A DNA stretch of 64,000 nt from Alkalispirochaeta sp. (GCA_965601925.1 OZ271854.1:384001-448000); one strand, 5' to 3'; positions 30,013 through 41,214 are shown, numbered from the stretch's first letter. Made by a program: numbers and translations. The notes: generated by a model not told the origin, from the sequence alone.

Positions 30013-31668
30013 TCACTCCTCGCAGTACTCCAGGTAGTCAAAGTCCGCGACAAGCCCACGCCCCGACGCGTCCCAACAACCGATGCCGACGAAGGTGCCG
30101 GTAAATCCCAGCGGCTCGGCCGTATCGTCGGACAAGAGCGATGCATCCAGGGTCGGCCCGACGGCGCTCCACCCCGCTCCTCCCTGACGCCAAAAAAAGT
30201 TGAGATCTTTCCCGGACACCTCGACGGCGAGATCGACGGCGCCGTGCTGCAGGGGGACTTCGTCGTCTCCCAGAGGAGTCGTGACGACCCGTCCGACATA
30301 CCGTACGATTCCCAGACACCGCTCCGCCCGGTCCGCGGCACTTAGGCGGAGTAAATACTGGTTGTCCTCATCGTAGCGTACGATAAGTCCTGCGAGCTGC
30401 TGAAAGTCATCCGGGGCTGCGTCTATGCGCGTCTCGGCGCGCCAATCGAACGCTTGAACGCGCCGCGCCGCGATGGTCTGACGAAATCGGCTCGTCGGTG
30501 AAAGGGCGCCTCTCAGCCGCAACCAACCGGGACGCGCCGAGAGATCGAAGCGGTCGTCGACCGGTTCGCGAAGTGTATTGAGCTCCGCGGCCATAGTAGG
30601 TCCGTCAAAATCGTCGCGCCATACGGGCGTCCGCGGGGGCTCCGAACCGCCGTCGCCGGCCGGTACGTCACGCTCGGCGAACGCGACGCTCCACTGCGGA
30701 GCGCGGCTGGCCGGCCACGGCCACCCGTCGGAGCGCCACTCCAGGACTTGGAGCGCCGTTTCACGACCCAAGGGGCAGTTGAGTGTATCCGCCACCGGGC
30801 GCCCGCACAGATGGGCCAACACCCACTGTCGATCGTCCCACCGCGCCATACTCCCGTGTCCCGCCTTCTGTAAACCCGTCTCCAGATGCGGCCTGATGTC
30901 CCCTTCCTCCGCAACGGCCGCGTCGAAGCCGCACCGATCGGCCACCGAGGTAATGAGGGGCGTTTGAGGATGCAGCTCGTAGGGGCCGTCGATCGTTCTA
31001 CTGCGAGCGAGTACGACCGCGTGGCCGTAGGAGGTGCCGCCTTCGGCGGTCATGAGATAGTACCACCCGGCGCGACGATACAGGTGCGGAGCCTCGGTAT
31101 ATCCGATCTCGGTGCCGGGGAATATCGAACGAATGGGGCCGACCAGTCGCTCGGCACGGGCGTCGTACTCCTGAAGCACGATCCCGCCGAAACTGTTGCG
31201 CCCCGGCCGGTAGTCCCATTTGACGTTCACCAGCCACTTACGCCCGTCTTCGTCGTGAAAGAGCGACGGATCGAATCCACTGGCGTTGAGAAACCGCGGC
31301 TCCGACCACGGCCCCTCGATCGTCGCCGCGGTCACTACATAGTTGAGGCTATCTTTGAACCCGTCGTTGGATCGCGATCCCACCCACTCTTTGACGTCGG
31401 TGTAAATCAACCAAAACCGCTCGTCGGCGTAGCTCAAACACGGCGCCCAGATACCCCCGGACGGCGGATTGCCCGCCATATCGAGTTGCGAGCGACGATC
31501 CAACGGTCGGGCGACCAACCTCCAGTCGCACAAGGTGCGACTGGAATAGATCATCACACCGGGAAACCACTCGAAGGTGCTGGTGGCGATGTAGAAATCG
31601 TCGCCGACCCTACAGATAGACGGGTCGGGATGAAACCCCCGCAAGACGGGATTATGGATTGTCGGCAC
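30013..31668 (-). CDS. Glycoside hydrolase family 43 beta-xylosidase/arabinofuranosidase (XynB-like, cytoplasmic)
   Basis: NPVLRGFHPDPSI, STFEWFPG, GIWAP, GFDPSLF, TEAPHLY, TAEGGT and QKAGH. C-terminal beta-sandwich with FTGTFVG. No signal peptide. Confidence 0.93.
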   Translation of the reverse strand: MPTIHNPVLRGFHPDPSICRVGDDFYIATSTFEWFPGVMIYSSRTLCDWRLVARPLDRRSQLDMAGNPPSGGIWAPCLSYADERFWLIYTDVKEWVGSRSNDGFKDSLNYVVTAATIEGPWSEPRFLNASGFDPSLFHDEDGRKWLVNVKWDYRPGRNSFGGIVLQEYDARAERLVGPIRSIFPGTEIGYTEAPHLYRRAGWYYLMTAEGGTSYGHAVVLARSRTIDGPYELHPQTPLITSVADRCGFDAAVAEEGDIRPHLETGLQKAGHGSMARWDDRQWVLAHLCGRPVADTLNCPLGRETALQVLEWRSDGWPWPASRAPQWSVAFAERDVPAGDGGSEPPRTPVWRDDFDGPTMAAELNTLREPVDDRFDLSARPGWLRLRGALSPTSRFRQTIAARRVQAFDWRAETRIDAAPDDFQQLAGLIVRYDEDNQYLLRLSAADRAERCLGIVRYVGRVVTTPLGDDEVPLQHGAVDLAVEVSGKDLNFFWRQGGAGWSAVGPTLDASLLSDDTAEPLGFTGTFVGIGCWDASGRGLVADFDYLEYCEE

Positions 31669-31768
31669 GGTACTCCCTTTCGTTATCGAAATATGAACGC
31701 AGCGGCATGAACAACGCGATGGATCGCGCCGCGTGTACCCGATACGCTCGCGCGTTCTGGGGCGACAC

Positions 31769-32599
31769 TCATCCCTTTATGGCCCCGACGGTCAGCCCCT
31801 TGATAATCGACTTGGAGAAGAGCACCACGACGACGATGATCGGTACGACCGAAATCGTAACGCCCAGATAAATCGCGCCGAAGTTCGCCTCGTACAATCC
31901 GCGAATGTTTGAGATAACCACGGGCATGGGAAACTTGTCCCCGGAGCTCAGGAGTACCAACGGCGTGATCAGATCGTTCCATTTGAAGACGAAGGTAAAG
32001 ATCGACATCGTCGCGATAGCCGGCATGGAGAGGGGAACGATGAGGCGCAGAAACGTGTAAAACTCACCGGCTCCGTCGATGATCGCCGCTTCGATGAGCG
32101 AGTCCGGAATGCTCGATTCGATGTAGGCGCGTACGAAAAAGACCATCCCTGCGTTGGCCATGAGGGGCAATATCAGCGGCGGATAGGTATCGATAATCCC
32201 GAGGCGTACGCACAAGTCATAAAACCCGATGAGCGCGAGCTGTTGGGGAATCATCATCGTCGCCAAAACGATCCAAAAAAGAAGCTCCCGACCGGGAAAG
32301 CGAAACTTCGCAAACCCGTAGGCGGTCATCGCGCCGAAGAAGGCCGACAGTACGACGCTGGGTACGGTAATGATCGTACTGGCAAGAAAGCCGCGCCAAA
32401 TGTTCACCCTATCCTGAATAATGCGATAGTTCTCGACGATGCGGTCCCCGGGAAGAAGCGCGATACCTTGTGAAATCTCGACATTACTGCGTGTGGCGTT
32501 AATTACCATGATGTAGAACGGTACGACGCTGACCGCGGCGAGTACGACAAGAACGATGTACAAGACGCCCTTTTCGACGCGCCTCCGCTTCGCAATCAT
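31769..32599 (-). CDS. Carbohydrate ABC transporter permease (MalG-like)
   Basis: [19 protein letters not shown] loop and C-terminal GLTVGAIKG. Confidence 0.92.
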   Translation of the reverse strand: MIAKRRRVEKGVLYIVLVVLAAVSVVPFYIMVINATRSNVEISQGIALLPGDRIVENYRIIQDRVNIWRGFLASTIITVPSVVLSAFFGAMTAYGFAKFRFPGRELLFWIVLATMMIPQQLALIGFYDLCVRLGIIDTYPPLILPLMANAGMVFFVRAYIESSIPDSLIEAAIIDGAGEFYTFLRLIVPLSMPAIATMSIFTFVFKWNDLITPLVLLSSGDKFPMPVVISNIRGLYEANFGAIYLGVTISVVPIIVVVVLFSKSIIKGLTVGAIKG

Positions 32600-33522
32600 C
32601 GCACACTCCTTCGCGTCGAACTCCGTTCGTAACTGATCACCTTAAACGCGATTACCGAAAAGACGAGGATCATGATGAATAGGACGTAGGCGACCGCCGC
32701 GGCGTAGCCGACGTTGAAAAAGGAGAACGCTTGGTTGTAGAGATAGAGCACCATAGTGGTGAGCGCGTTATCGGGAGCGCCGCGGCCGTTGGTTAACACG
32801 CGAGGGATATCGAAAATCTGCAGCCCGCCTATGAGGGAGGTGACCGCGACGTAGAGCATGGTCGGCCGTAAGAGCGGGAGCGTGATGCGGCGAAAGACCT
32901 GCCACGTTGAGGCGCCGTCGATGTGCGCCGCCTCGTATAGCTCCTCGCCGATCGCGCTGAGGCCGGCCATGACGATGATCGTGGTATAGCCGAACCATTG
33001 CCACCACTGAATGAAAGAGACCGTACCCTGGGCGATGAGGGGCTCTTGCAGCCAGTTGATCGGCTCCGCCAACACACCGAAGCGCAGTAACATCTGGTTG
33101 AGGGCGCCGAAACGCCAATCCAATAGTACCGCGAACAGTACGCCGATCGACGCGGCGGTTACCAGATTGGGTAAAAAATAGAGTGTGCGCAGCGTCTCCC
33201 GTCCCCCGATACTGCGGTCGCTCAATATCACGCCCAAAAAGAGCGCGATGGCGATTTGCGGCACAAAATTAACCAACCAGATGTACCAGGTATTGCCGAT
33301 CGCCTGATAGAAGAGCGCGGTCGAGAAGAGCCGCCGATAGTTGTCCAATCCGGCGAACTCGTTCTCGAACATAGTAACCGGCGTCTGGAAACTGAGGATA
33401 AGCGTATAGATCATCGGGTACAGTTGAAACGTGAGAAACGCGAGAAAATACGGCAGGACGAACAAGTACCCCTTGTTGTCCCGTCGATGAAAGAAACGCC
33501 GGATCGATGAATCGACTGCCAT
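32596..33522 (-). CDS. Carbohydrate ABC transporter permease (MalF-like)
   Basis: [17 protein letters not shown] and GYAAAVAY. Start at MAVDS is inferred. Confidence 0.92.
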   Translation of the reverse strand: MAVDSSIRRFFHRRDNKGYLFVLPYFLAFLTFQLYPMIYTLILSFQTPVTMFENEFAGLDNYRRLFSTALFYQAIGNTWYIWLVNFVPQIAIALFLGVILSDRSIGGRETLRTLYFLPNLVTAASIGVLFAVLLDWRFGALNQMLLRFGVLAEPINWLQEPLIAQGTVSFIQWWQWFGYTTIIVMAGLSAIGEELYEAAHIDGASTWQVFRRITLPLLRPTMLYVAVTSLIGGLQIFDIPRVLTNGRGAPDNALTTMVLYLYNQAFSFFNVGYAAAVAYVLFIMILVFSVIAFKVISYERSSTRRSVR

Positions 33523-33595
33523 GTACACCTCCGAGTACCGTTGGTCGAGCCGGCCGGAGAGGGCTTCCTCGCGACCGGCCGACAAACCGGACGAT

Positions 33596-34930
33596 TCAGC
33601 GCTCTACCACGACCCGCGTAATTCCCGGCACGATATCGCGCACCGCTACTTCGAAATCGGCGATCGCCTCCTCCAGCGTCTTTTGACCGTTGGCATACTG
33701 GTCCACCTGATCACCCCACGCGTTCTGAATCTGGAAGTCCCAAGGACCGACGAACGAGACGTCGACCTGCGTCACCTGATCGAAGAAATAGGCGTAGTGA
33801 TTCTGTCCGTCGAGGAACGGCTCGGAAAAATCGTCCTGAATCGCCCGAATCACCTCGACATTGGAAACGAAGTCGCCGGTATCCCGAGCCCAGTCGGCCT
33901 GGAACTCCGGATTGCTACCGACGAATCGCACCAGCTCCCACGCCAGCTCCTTGTTCTCGGAGAAGCGATTGATACCGATCCAAGTACCTCCCCAGCTATA
34001 CGGCGCCGGGGGATCGGCGAGGCCCCAGTCGCCGGAGAACTCGGCGTTTCCCGCGTCGGCCTCGGGCTCGGCGTTGGGCTTGAGCACGTAGTGGAGTCCC
34101 CACGTGGGCAGGATGTAGGCAAAGACGCTACCGTCGGCCATGGATGAGAACCACGGCGGCTGCCACGTTCTCGTCCCCGCCTCGATCCGGTTCTCCCGCA
34201 TCCGGCGCGCAATACGCATGTAGTCCACCAGACTCCGAGGTATCGTGAGCGTGTCGCCGTCGACGTAGGGATCGGTACGGCGGTTGGTGACGAACTCCAG
34301 CATATCCGAGTAGCCGGCCACGAGGAATCGCTCGCCGCCGTAGGTCTCCTGAATCATCTCGCCGAGCTCATAGAAACGGTCGATATCGCTGGTGTACTCG
34401 GAAACCGCTTCCGGATCGTCGGTCCCGAGCACCTCTCGAGCGATGCTACGACGATAAAAGAGTCCGCCCGGAGTAGCCTGCCACGATAGTGCGGTTATCT
34501 CCCCCGCGTCGTCGCGCGCCAAATCGACAACGTAGGGCACCAGATCGTCGACAAGCGCTTCGGCGTTGTACGGTGCGCCGGAAATCGGCTCCCAATATCC
34601 CGCGTCGATCAACTGTCGAAACCACGCTCGTTCGCCGGTAAAGACATCGGGAACCTCGGAGCGACCGCGAAGGGTATTGTTGATGCGGTTGAGATAGATC
34701 TCATCCTGATTGGGGAAGACGGTAAACTCGACCTCTACTCCGGGATACACCTCCTCGAAGTACTCGATCATATCCCCCAACTCATCGGTAAAAGACCAGA
34801 CGACGAGCGTACCGGACGGTTCACCGTCCACCGCCGCGCCACCGGCCTCTCCCTGCCCTCCGGCACCCACCGAATACACGAGTAGTAGTGCGCAGGCCCA
34901 CGTTAGGGCCGTTCTTCGTAAGGGACTCAT
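33596..34930 (-). CDS. Carbohydrate ABC transporter substrate-binding protein (family 1)
   Basis: Signal peptide, [22 protein letters not shown] and [17 protein letters not shown] upstream. Confidence 0.9.
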   Translation of the reverse strand: MSPLRRTALTWACALLLVYSVGAGGQGEAGGAAVDGEPSGTLVVWSFTDELGDMIEYFEEVYPGVEVEFTVFPNQDEIYLNRINNTLRGRSEVPDVFTGERAWFRQLIDAGYWEPISGAPYNAEALVDDLVPYVVDLARDDAGEITALSWQATPGGLFYRRSIAREVLGTDDPEAVSEYTSDIDRFYELGEMIQETYGGERFLVAGYSDMLEFVTNRRTDPYVDGDTLTIPRSLVDYMRIARRMRENRIEAGTRTWQPPWFSSMADGSVFAYILPTWGLHYVLKPNAEPEADAGNAEFSGDWGLADPPAPYSWGGTWIGINRFSENKELAWELVRFVGSNPEFQADWARDTGDFVSNVEVIRAIQDDFSEPFLDGQNHYAYFFDQVTQVDVSFVGPWDFQIQNAWGDQVDQYANGQKTLEEAIADFEVAVRDIVPGITRVVVER

Positions 34931-34947
34931 GGGTTCCTCCTCGTATT

Positions 34948-34994
34948 ATTGGTACTATATTTGTACTTCCAATCGACAATCAAAAGTACCTTTT
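34948..34994. promoter_or_regulatory. Candidate operators for the AraR-type regulator
   Basis: ATTTGTACTTCCAATC (34959-34974) matches 12/16 of the Bacillus AraR box ATTTGTACGTACAAAT. Nearby are ATTGGTAC and the AAAAG-TAC-CTTTT inverted repeat. Confidence 0.45.
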
Positions 34995-35144
34995 AAGACA
35001 CATTATCACGCTGAAGGGGAGCGGTAAAGCGAAATGATCGAAATAGAGCACGATATTCGGCCTTTAGTTGCAAAGAAGCAGATACTTTTACCATACCTTT
35101 ATATAACGATTGCCCATCATTCGGTCTCTTGATATGGTAGGATC

Positions 35145-36278
35145 ATGGCGCGATTAGTGTCTTCGAGCGCGGAACACACCGGACTCAAGTACCTCTATGT
35201 TCGCGATCTGTTGGTACATCGCTTCAAAAAAGAACGATATCAGCCCGGGCAAAAGCTTCCGACGGAGCAGGAACTCTCGCGGAGCCTCAGCGTCAGCAGA
35301 ACCACGATCCGCCAGGCGCTCAAACTCCTGGAGGACGATGATATCATCGTACGGCGTCACGGAAGCGGTACCTTTTTTGCCGGCCACGCCGGTCCGACTC
35401 CCCGACCCGAGACGACGAACGGATTGATCGGAATGGTCAACTTTTTCTTCATGGACTACATCTACCCGGATATCCTCCGCGGTATCGAGCAGACGATCTT
35501 TTCGGAAGGGTATACGCTGGTGCTCGCCAACTCGCACCAGAACGAGCACCAAGAGCTCCTTTCGGTCGAGCGTTTAGTCGAACAAGGAGTAAAGGGACTC
35601 ATCCTGGAGCCGTCGCGCAATCTCCAGATACGAGACGATCATCCCATGGCGGGACTCTTGGACACTCTCGACATACCGGTGGTGACGACGCACTGGGGTA
35701 TCGAGCACCGGCGCGTATCGACGGTCTCGATCGACGACGAATGCGCCGGATATGAGGCGACGCGCCATCTCATAGAACGAGGCCACCGATCCATAGCAAT
35801 CGTATATAAGGAAGATGTGCAGGCCGGCTACGACCGTTACCGAGGCTACCGCCACGCGCTCGAGGAGGCGTCGCTCCCGCATTGCGAGGAGTGGGCCGCG
35901 GCGTATGACAGTCAACTGGAGTTAGACGACCCACGCCAGGGATACGCGTTGACGCAGCGGCTCCTCGATATCCCACAACGGCCCACGGCGATCTTCTACT
36001 TCAACGACTTCAACGCGATTCAGGGATACCGAGCGATCCAAGAGGCGGGGTTGAGAATACCCGAGGATATCTCGGTCATCGGGTTCGACAACTATCGCAG
36101 CGCAGAGCTCCTCTACCCGCCGCTGACCACATTCGAGCATCCCAAGTATCGCTTGGGCCGGTGGGCGGCGCGCATCCTTCTGGACGAGATCACCGAACCG
36201 CGCCCGCGCCTCCCCAAAAAGATGGTCTTTGAGCCGATATTGATAGAGCGCGAAAGCGTCGCGCCACCACCCGCGTAA
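35145..36278 (+). CDS. GntR-HTH/LacI-sensor hybrid regulator (AraR-like)
   Basis: LPTEQEL...VSRTTIRQAL...HGSGTF, then LacI-type core IPEDISVIGFDN and LTTFEHP. Confidence 0.92.
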   Translation: MARLVSSSAEHTGLKYLYVRDLLVHRFKKERYQPGQKLPTEQELSRSLSVSRTTIRQALKLLEDDDIIVRRHGSGTFFAGHAGPTPRPETTNGLIGMVNFFFMDYIYPDILRGIEQTIFSEGYTLVLANSHQNEHQELLSVERLVEQGVKGLILEPSRNLQIRDDHPMAGLLDTLDIPVVTTHWGIEHRRVSTVSIDDECAGYEATRHLIERGHRSIAIVYKEDVQAGYDRYRGYRHALEEASLPHCEEWAAAYDSQLELDDPRQGYALTQRLLDIPQRPTAIFYFNDFNAIQGYRAIQEAGLRIPEDISVIGFDNYRSAELLYPPLTTFEHPKYRLGRWAARILLDEITEPRPRLPKKMVFEPILIERESVAPPPA

Positions 36279-36313
36279 ATCGCGCGACCATGCGAGCTCC
36301 TTCGGAACGTGCG

Positions 36314-37369
36314 TTACACCCGGTCTCGCTGCCGTTCGAAATGCGCGTAGCTCCACGGCCATATCGCGCCGTAGTGTCCCTGGGGACTCCACGCCCCGCG
36401 CCGTACGATGACGCCGTACAGGTACTGTTGAACGATGCCGTGGTGGAGGGCCGCGGGGACCGTCCGCAGTAGCGCGTCCACCTCGCCGGTCAGCGTTTTG
36501 ATCGCCTCGCACTCCGCTAGGGAGTAGCGGGATGCGGCCGCAAGCAGACTCTTTCGAACTCGTTTACTCGTAACTCGCTGCCCGGTAAGGCGTGAAAGCT
36601 CGTCAAAGAGCGTCGCATCGCCGACGCCGGATGACCGCAACATGCACACCTGATAAAGACGATCCAACTGCCAGGATAACCCGATAACGAGCTGAATCGT
36701 CTCGCTCGTAGCCGAGAGCGCGGCCGCGATGTCCAACGCGTGATCCAGATCGCCCTCGACGACTGCGTCGTACAACGAGAAGACGCTCTCTTCTCGTCCG
36801 TGATAGATAAACCGGTCGACGTCGTCGACGGTCACGCGCTCCCCGACAAAGGCGATGAGGCGGTCGGCCTCGTGCCTCAGGTCCAACGTGTTATTCTGCA
36901 CCAGCTCGAGCATGAGCTCAACGGCGTCCGGTTCGATCCGCACTTTGTGTCGCCGGAAGTACCCCTGCAGCCACGACTGCTTCTGGTTGTCGAACATCTC
37001 CCAGAAGACGCGCTTGTTCCGACTCCCCGCCGCCTTTTCGAGGTCTCTGGAGACCGAGGACTCGGCACTCTCCAGAATCAATACCGAACCGGGAGTCGGC
37101 TCGGCTCCGTACTCCACCAAGGCTCGCACCTCGTCCTTACGCTTCAACTGCTCGACGGCGCGATAGAGGATATACGTCGCCGACCCGAAGAGTGAGCCGT
37201 TACGTAAGATGGCGACGACATCCTCGGGCGGTGTCTCGAACGCGTAAAACCGATGCTCTTCCAAACCGTCGCCGTGCTCTTTTTTGAGGGCCTCTCGGAT
37301 CTCGGTGATGGCGGCGAGTTTTTCACCCTCCTCGGGGCCGACAAAGAGAAGAACGGGGGCGATCGGCAT
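36314..37369 (-). CDS. holA: DNA polymerase III delta subunit
   Basis: LLFVGPEEGEK, LRNGSLFG, VFWEMF and EESVFSLYD. Size and context fit. Confidence 0.85.
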   Translation of the reverse strand: MPIAPVLLFVGPEEGEKLAAITEIREALKKEHGDGLEEHRFYAFETPPEDVVAILRNGSLFGSATYILYRAVEQLKRKDEVRALVEYGAEPTPGSVLILESAESSVSRDLEKAAGSRNKRVFWEMFDNQKQSWLQGYFRRHKVRIEPDAVELMLELVQNNTLDLRHEADRLIAFVGERVTVDDVDRFIYHGREESVFSLYDAVVEGDLDHALDIAAALSATSETIQLVIGLSWQLDRLYQVCMLRSSGVGDATLFDELSRLTGQRVTSKRVRKSLLAAASRYSLAECEAIKTLTGEVDALLRTVPAALHHGIVQQYLYGVIVRRGAWSPQGHYGAIWPWSYAHFERQRDRV

Positions 37370-37374
37370 CGATC

Positions 37375-37986
37375 CTACTCGTAATTTCGTACGATATGTG
37401 CAAGGCGACCCAAGATACGGGCGTCGCGCGTATAAATCGGCGGATAGACGGGATTCTCGGCTTTGAGCTGGATTCGATTACTCTCACGATAGAATCGCTT
37501 GAGCGTAACCGCCTCGTCGATCATCGCGACGACGATATCGCCGTTATCCGCAACGGGCTGCTGCGAAATAATCGCGATATCGCCGTCCATGATCCCGGCG
37601 TTAATCATGCTGTCGCCGTGAACGTGGAGAGCGAAATAGCGCTTGTTTCCCAACATCATCGCCGGAACCGAAACCGTACCGTCGTAGTTCTCCTCGGCGA
37701 GAAGCGGCTTACCGGCCGCAACCATTCCCAGAATGGGTACTTGGCGTACCGACGTCTCGTCGGTCTCCTCGGCCGGATCGTCGAGCACCTCTATCGCGCG
37801 CGAGCGGTTCGTATCGCACCGAATCGCGCCCTTGCGCTGCAACGCCTTCACGTGATCGTAGGCGCCTTTTACCGAAATCCCGAAGTGCTCGGAGATCTCC
37901 CGAATCGTCGGTGGGTACTTATTCTCCGCGACGAATCGCCGAATAAACTCGAGAACCTCTTGCTGTCGATTGGTAATCGGTCTCAT
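37375..37986 (-). CDS. lexA: SOS repressor LexA
   Basis: TNRQQEVL...YPPTIREI HTH, VAAG cleavage site, GDSM catalytic Ser and TLKR catalytic Lys. Confidence 0.95.
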   Translation of the reverse strand: MRPITNRQQEVLEFIRRFVAENKYPPTIREISEHFGISVKGAYDHVKALQRKGAIRCDTNRSRAIEVLDDPAEETDETSVRQVPILGMVAAGKPLLAEENYDGTVSVPAMMLGNKRYFALHVHGDSMINAGIMDGDIAIISQQPVADNGDIVVAMIDEAVTLKRFYRESNRIQLKAENPVYPPIYTRDARILGRLAHIVRNYE

Positions 37987-39320
37987 CGTTCCACCTCAAT
38001 CCCGAATTTCTTGATCTTTGCGTGCAAGTTACTGGGATAAATACCCAACTCCTGCGCCGTGCGCGAGATATTGAAGTCGTGCTCGCCAAGCTTCTCGACC
38101 AGAAACTGCCGCTCGAAACGATCGCGAGCCTCTGCAAGGCCAAGATGAAGAAAATCGCTCAGGGGCGACGTACGGACGGCGGTTGTTCGGCTACCTACGA
38201 AGCGTTCAACCTCGTCGCGCGTTATCTCGGTACTATCGGCCATTATGCTAACCCGTTCGGCGAAATTCTTCAACTCGCGAATGTTGCCGGGCCACCGATA
38301 TGTCGAAAGTGCGTCTAATGCGTCGTCGGAAAAGCGCAACTCGCCGTTGAATGCCGCCAACAGGAGCGGAATATCCTCGATACGCTCGCGCAACGCCGGC
38401 ATCCCGATCGGCACGACGTTGAGGCGAAAGAAGAGGTCCTCTCGAAAGCTCCCGCCGGCGATCGCCGAGGCGAGATCCTTGTTGGTCGCCGCAATGATTC
38501 GCACGTCCACCGTTACCGACTCCTCACTACCCAACCGTTCGAATCGCATCTCCTGCACGACGCGCAGAACCTTCGCTTGGGCGTTCAAGGACATGTCGGC
38601 AACTTCGTCCAAAAAGAGCGTCCCGCCGTGGGCAAGCTCGAACTTGCCCTTGCGCCCCGCCTCAGCGCTCGTGAAGGCACCCTTCACGTGGCCGAACAAC
38701 TCGCTCTCGATAAGCGTGTCGGGAATGGCGGCGCAGTTTACGGCGACGAACGGTCCGTCGGAACGCTCGCTCCGCTCGTGAATCTCCCGCGCCACCAGTT
38801 CTTTTCCGGTACCGTTCTCCCCGGTGATCAACACTCGAGCGTCGCTTGAGGCGGTGTGCTCGATGAGCTCTCGCACGTGCCGAATCGCGGCGCTCTGCCC
38901 GACGAGGCGATCGCGGGGTACCAACTTGCCGCGCAACGTCTCGTTCTCGCGCCGCAGATGTTCAATCTCCAAGGCGTTACGCGTTACCGTCGTGACGCGA
39001 TCGATACTCAGAGGCTTCTCCAGAAAGTCGAACGCGCCGCGCTTTACCGCCTTGACCGCCATATCGATGTTTCCATGGCCGCTGATCATTACGACCGGCA
39101 CGCGCGGGAAGCGTTCTTTCACCTCCTCGAGCACGTCCAGGCCGCCCTTGCCCGGCAACCACACGTCCAAGAGCACGCAATCGACGACTTCGCGTTCGAG
39201 CATTCCGATGCCGATCAGTCCGTCTTCGGCGGTGAGAACCTGATACCCTTCGTCGGAGAGAATATCGGAGAGGATCTCGCGAATCCCCGCCTCGTCGTCG
39301 ACGATCAGAACCGTCATCAT
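37983..39320 (-). CDS. Sigma-54-dependent response regulator (NtrX-like: REC-AAA+-Fis HTH)
   Basis: VDDE/LDVW receiver, GENGTGKE, GAFTSA, LFLDEV, FREDLFFRL and WPGNIREL. Confidence 0.93.
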   Translation of the reverse strand: MMTVLIVDDEAGIREILSDILSDEGYQVLTAEDGLIGIGMLEREVVDCVLLDVWLPGKGGLDVLEEVKERFPRVPVVMISGHGNIDMAVKAVKRGAFDFLEKPLSIDRVTTVTRNALEIEHLRRENETLRGKLVPRDRLVGQSAAIRHVRELIEHTASSDARVLITGENGTGKELVAREIHERSERSDGPFVAVNCAAIPDTLIESELFGHVKGAFTSAEAGRKGKFELAHGGTLFLDEVADMSLNAQAKVLRVVQEMRFERLGSEESVTVDVRIIAATNKDLASAIAGGSFREDLFFRLNVVPIGMPALRERIEDIPLLLAAFNGELRFSDDALDALSTYRWPGNIRELKNFAERVSIMADSTEITRDEVERFVGSRTTAVRTSPLSDFLHLGLAEARDRFERQFLVEKLGEHDFNISRTAQELGIYPSNLHAKIKKFGIEVER

Positions 39321-41134
39321 ACCTCACCGCTCCCTTCGTGGAATTGCTCGACCGGAAGATCGAGCACAAAGGTCGTGCCGCTGCCCGGCGCGCTCTCGTA
39401 GGATATGCGTCCATCGTGGTCAAAGACAATACGCTCAACGATGGCGAGTCCGAGTCCGGTGCCGTGGGGCTTACTCGTGACGTACGGCTCGAAAATGTCG
39501 CCCTGCAGATCCTCGGGGATACCGGGCCCGTCGTCCTCCACGCGCACGCGGCAGATACGTGCACCGGCACGCTCCGCCTCTCTCGCCGATACTGCAATCC
39601 GTACCGCATCTGCGCTCGCCTCGACGGCGTTGGCGTACAGATTGACGAAGGCCTGACGCAACTGCCCTCTGTCGGCCTTCACCCGCATCTCGTCGGCGAC
39701 GCCGGTGAGGTCGAGCGTCACGCGCGGGTCCTCACGATACATCGCGGCGACCTCATACAAGAGCGCTCTCAGGTCTACATCCTCGAACCGCGGCTCCGGC
39801 CTGCGCGAGAACGACCGAAACTCGTTGAGAAGGGACGTCAGCTCTTCGACCTCGCGGACGATCATCGAAACGGTGCGGTCCAGCACTTCGCCGAAATCGG
39901 GCGAGCCCACTTCATAGCGCCGTTTCAGCCGTTCCGCCGCGAGACGAATCGGCGTCAGCGGATTTTTGACCTCGTGGGCGAGGCGTTGGGCGATCTCCTG
40001 CCACGCCTGCACCTTCTCAGCCTGAGCGATTCGTCGTCGCGTCCTGTCGAGTTCGGTCACCATACGATTGAACGAAATCACCAACAGGCCGAGGTCGTCT
40101 CCCGGCCTGGCGAGAATGCGTACCGAGTAGTCACCGTCGGCGACTCGTCTGGTCGCCTCCTCCAACGACTCGATCGGACGCATGATCCTATCGGAGAGGA
40201 AAAATCCGGCGAGAATCGCGAGCAGGAGGATGGGAGACGCGAAGACGCCGTAGAGAATCGCAACGATCAACACAAACGTAGAGCGCAACCCCTCCAAGCG
40301 CGAGAATATCTCCTGAGCCTGGGTGAGTCCTCGCGCCCGCGCTTCGAAGCCCGGCGGTAAACGCACCGTGAGGAGTGCGACCATCGTCTCAGCGCCCTCC
40401 CCTCCTGAACGGACGCCGACGACAAGTCGCAGTATTCCCTCTCCCGCTACCGACGCACGAGCGACCGGTCCGACATCGCCGAGCCGTACTCGGGCCGGCG
40501 GTGCGGCACTGCGAAATCGTCTATCGCCGCGAAACGCAACCTCCGATCCGTCCGCGTCGAACAGCTGAAACGTCGCCGCCAGCGGGACGCGTTGACGAAT
40601 CTCGGGCCAGATCTCGCCGCCCGACGCATCGACCGCGATTTCGCTCCACCGATCGGCGACGATACGCTGCATCGATCCGTCGAGACCGAACACGCGGAGA
40701 TCGTAAATCTGCCGATCGTAATAGTCGAAGATGAGGCTCAGTCCACCGCGAACGGCGTCGCCGGTACCTGAGTTGAACAGAAGCTGTAACGCGGAGGAAA
40801 GAAAACTCACGGAGACGACCCCCTGTGGGACCGCGGCGAAGATGACCACGGCGGCAAAGAAGGTCGTCAAGCGCGCCTTGAGAGAGCTGCCCGGTTTCCT
40901 GGCACTGCGGTCGCGCACCAGTCGCGCGACATTCAGTCCGACGACGGCCAATAACCCGGTTGGAAAGATTACGGCCAAAGCGCCGAACACCCAGACGAGG
41001 CTCCTGTCGATCTCGAGCGGATTGACCAAGAGACGGTTGGAGAGGAGCACGGTGAGCATCACCACAACGCCGTATAACGCGCCGAGGCTCGCGAGCGTCG
41101 TCATCGACGCGGTGGCGTTGCGTAGCGCTTTCAT
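39317..41134 (-). CDS. HAMP-domain sensor histidine kinase (NtrY-like)
   Basis: TM segments, HAMP, AWQEIAQRLAHEVKNPLTPI, DDGPG and GTGLGL. Confidence 0.92.
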   Translation of the reverse strand: MKALRNATASMTTLASLGALYGVVVMLTVLLSNRLLVNPLEIDRSLVWVFGALAVIFPTGLLAVVGLNVARLVRDRSARKPGSSLKARLTTFFAAVVIFAAVPQGVVSVSFLSSALQLLFNSGTGDAVRGGLSLIFDYYDRQIYDLRVFGLDGSMQRIVADRWSEIAVDASGGEIWPEIRQRVPLAATFQLFDADGSEVAFRGDRRFRSAAPPARVRLGDVGPVARASVAGEGILRLVVGVRSGGEGAETMVALLTVRLPPGFEARARGLTQAQEIFSRLEGLRSTFVLIVAILYGVFASPILLLAILAGFFLSDRIMRPIESLEEATRRVADGDYSVRILARPGDDLGLLVISFNRMVTELDRTRRRIAQAEKVQAWQEIAQRLAHEVKNPLTPIRLAAERLKRRYEVGSPDFGEVLDRTVSMIVREVEELTSLLNEFRSFSRRPEPRFEDVDLRALLYEVAAMYREDPRVTLDLTGVADEMRVKADRGQLRQAFVNLYANAVEASADAVRIAVSAREAERAGARICRVRVEDDGPGIPEDLQGDIFEPYVTSKPHGTGLGLAIVERIVFDHDGRISYESAPGSGTTFVLDLPVEQFHEGSGEV

Positions 41135-41214
41135 CGAAATCTACCGCACCTCATCCGGCGGGTCGAAAGACGGACGCACGCGAAGGCGAACCGGTCCGTC
41201 GCGAAATCGAAACG

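Noticed and set aside
1741..41182. GACGCACGC(C)G at 1741, 18360 and 41173 as a REP-like element
   Set aside because: Too short, also occurs inside hprK, and is plausible by chance at this GC content.
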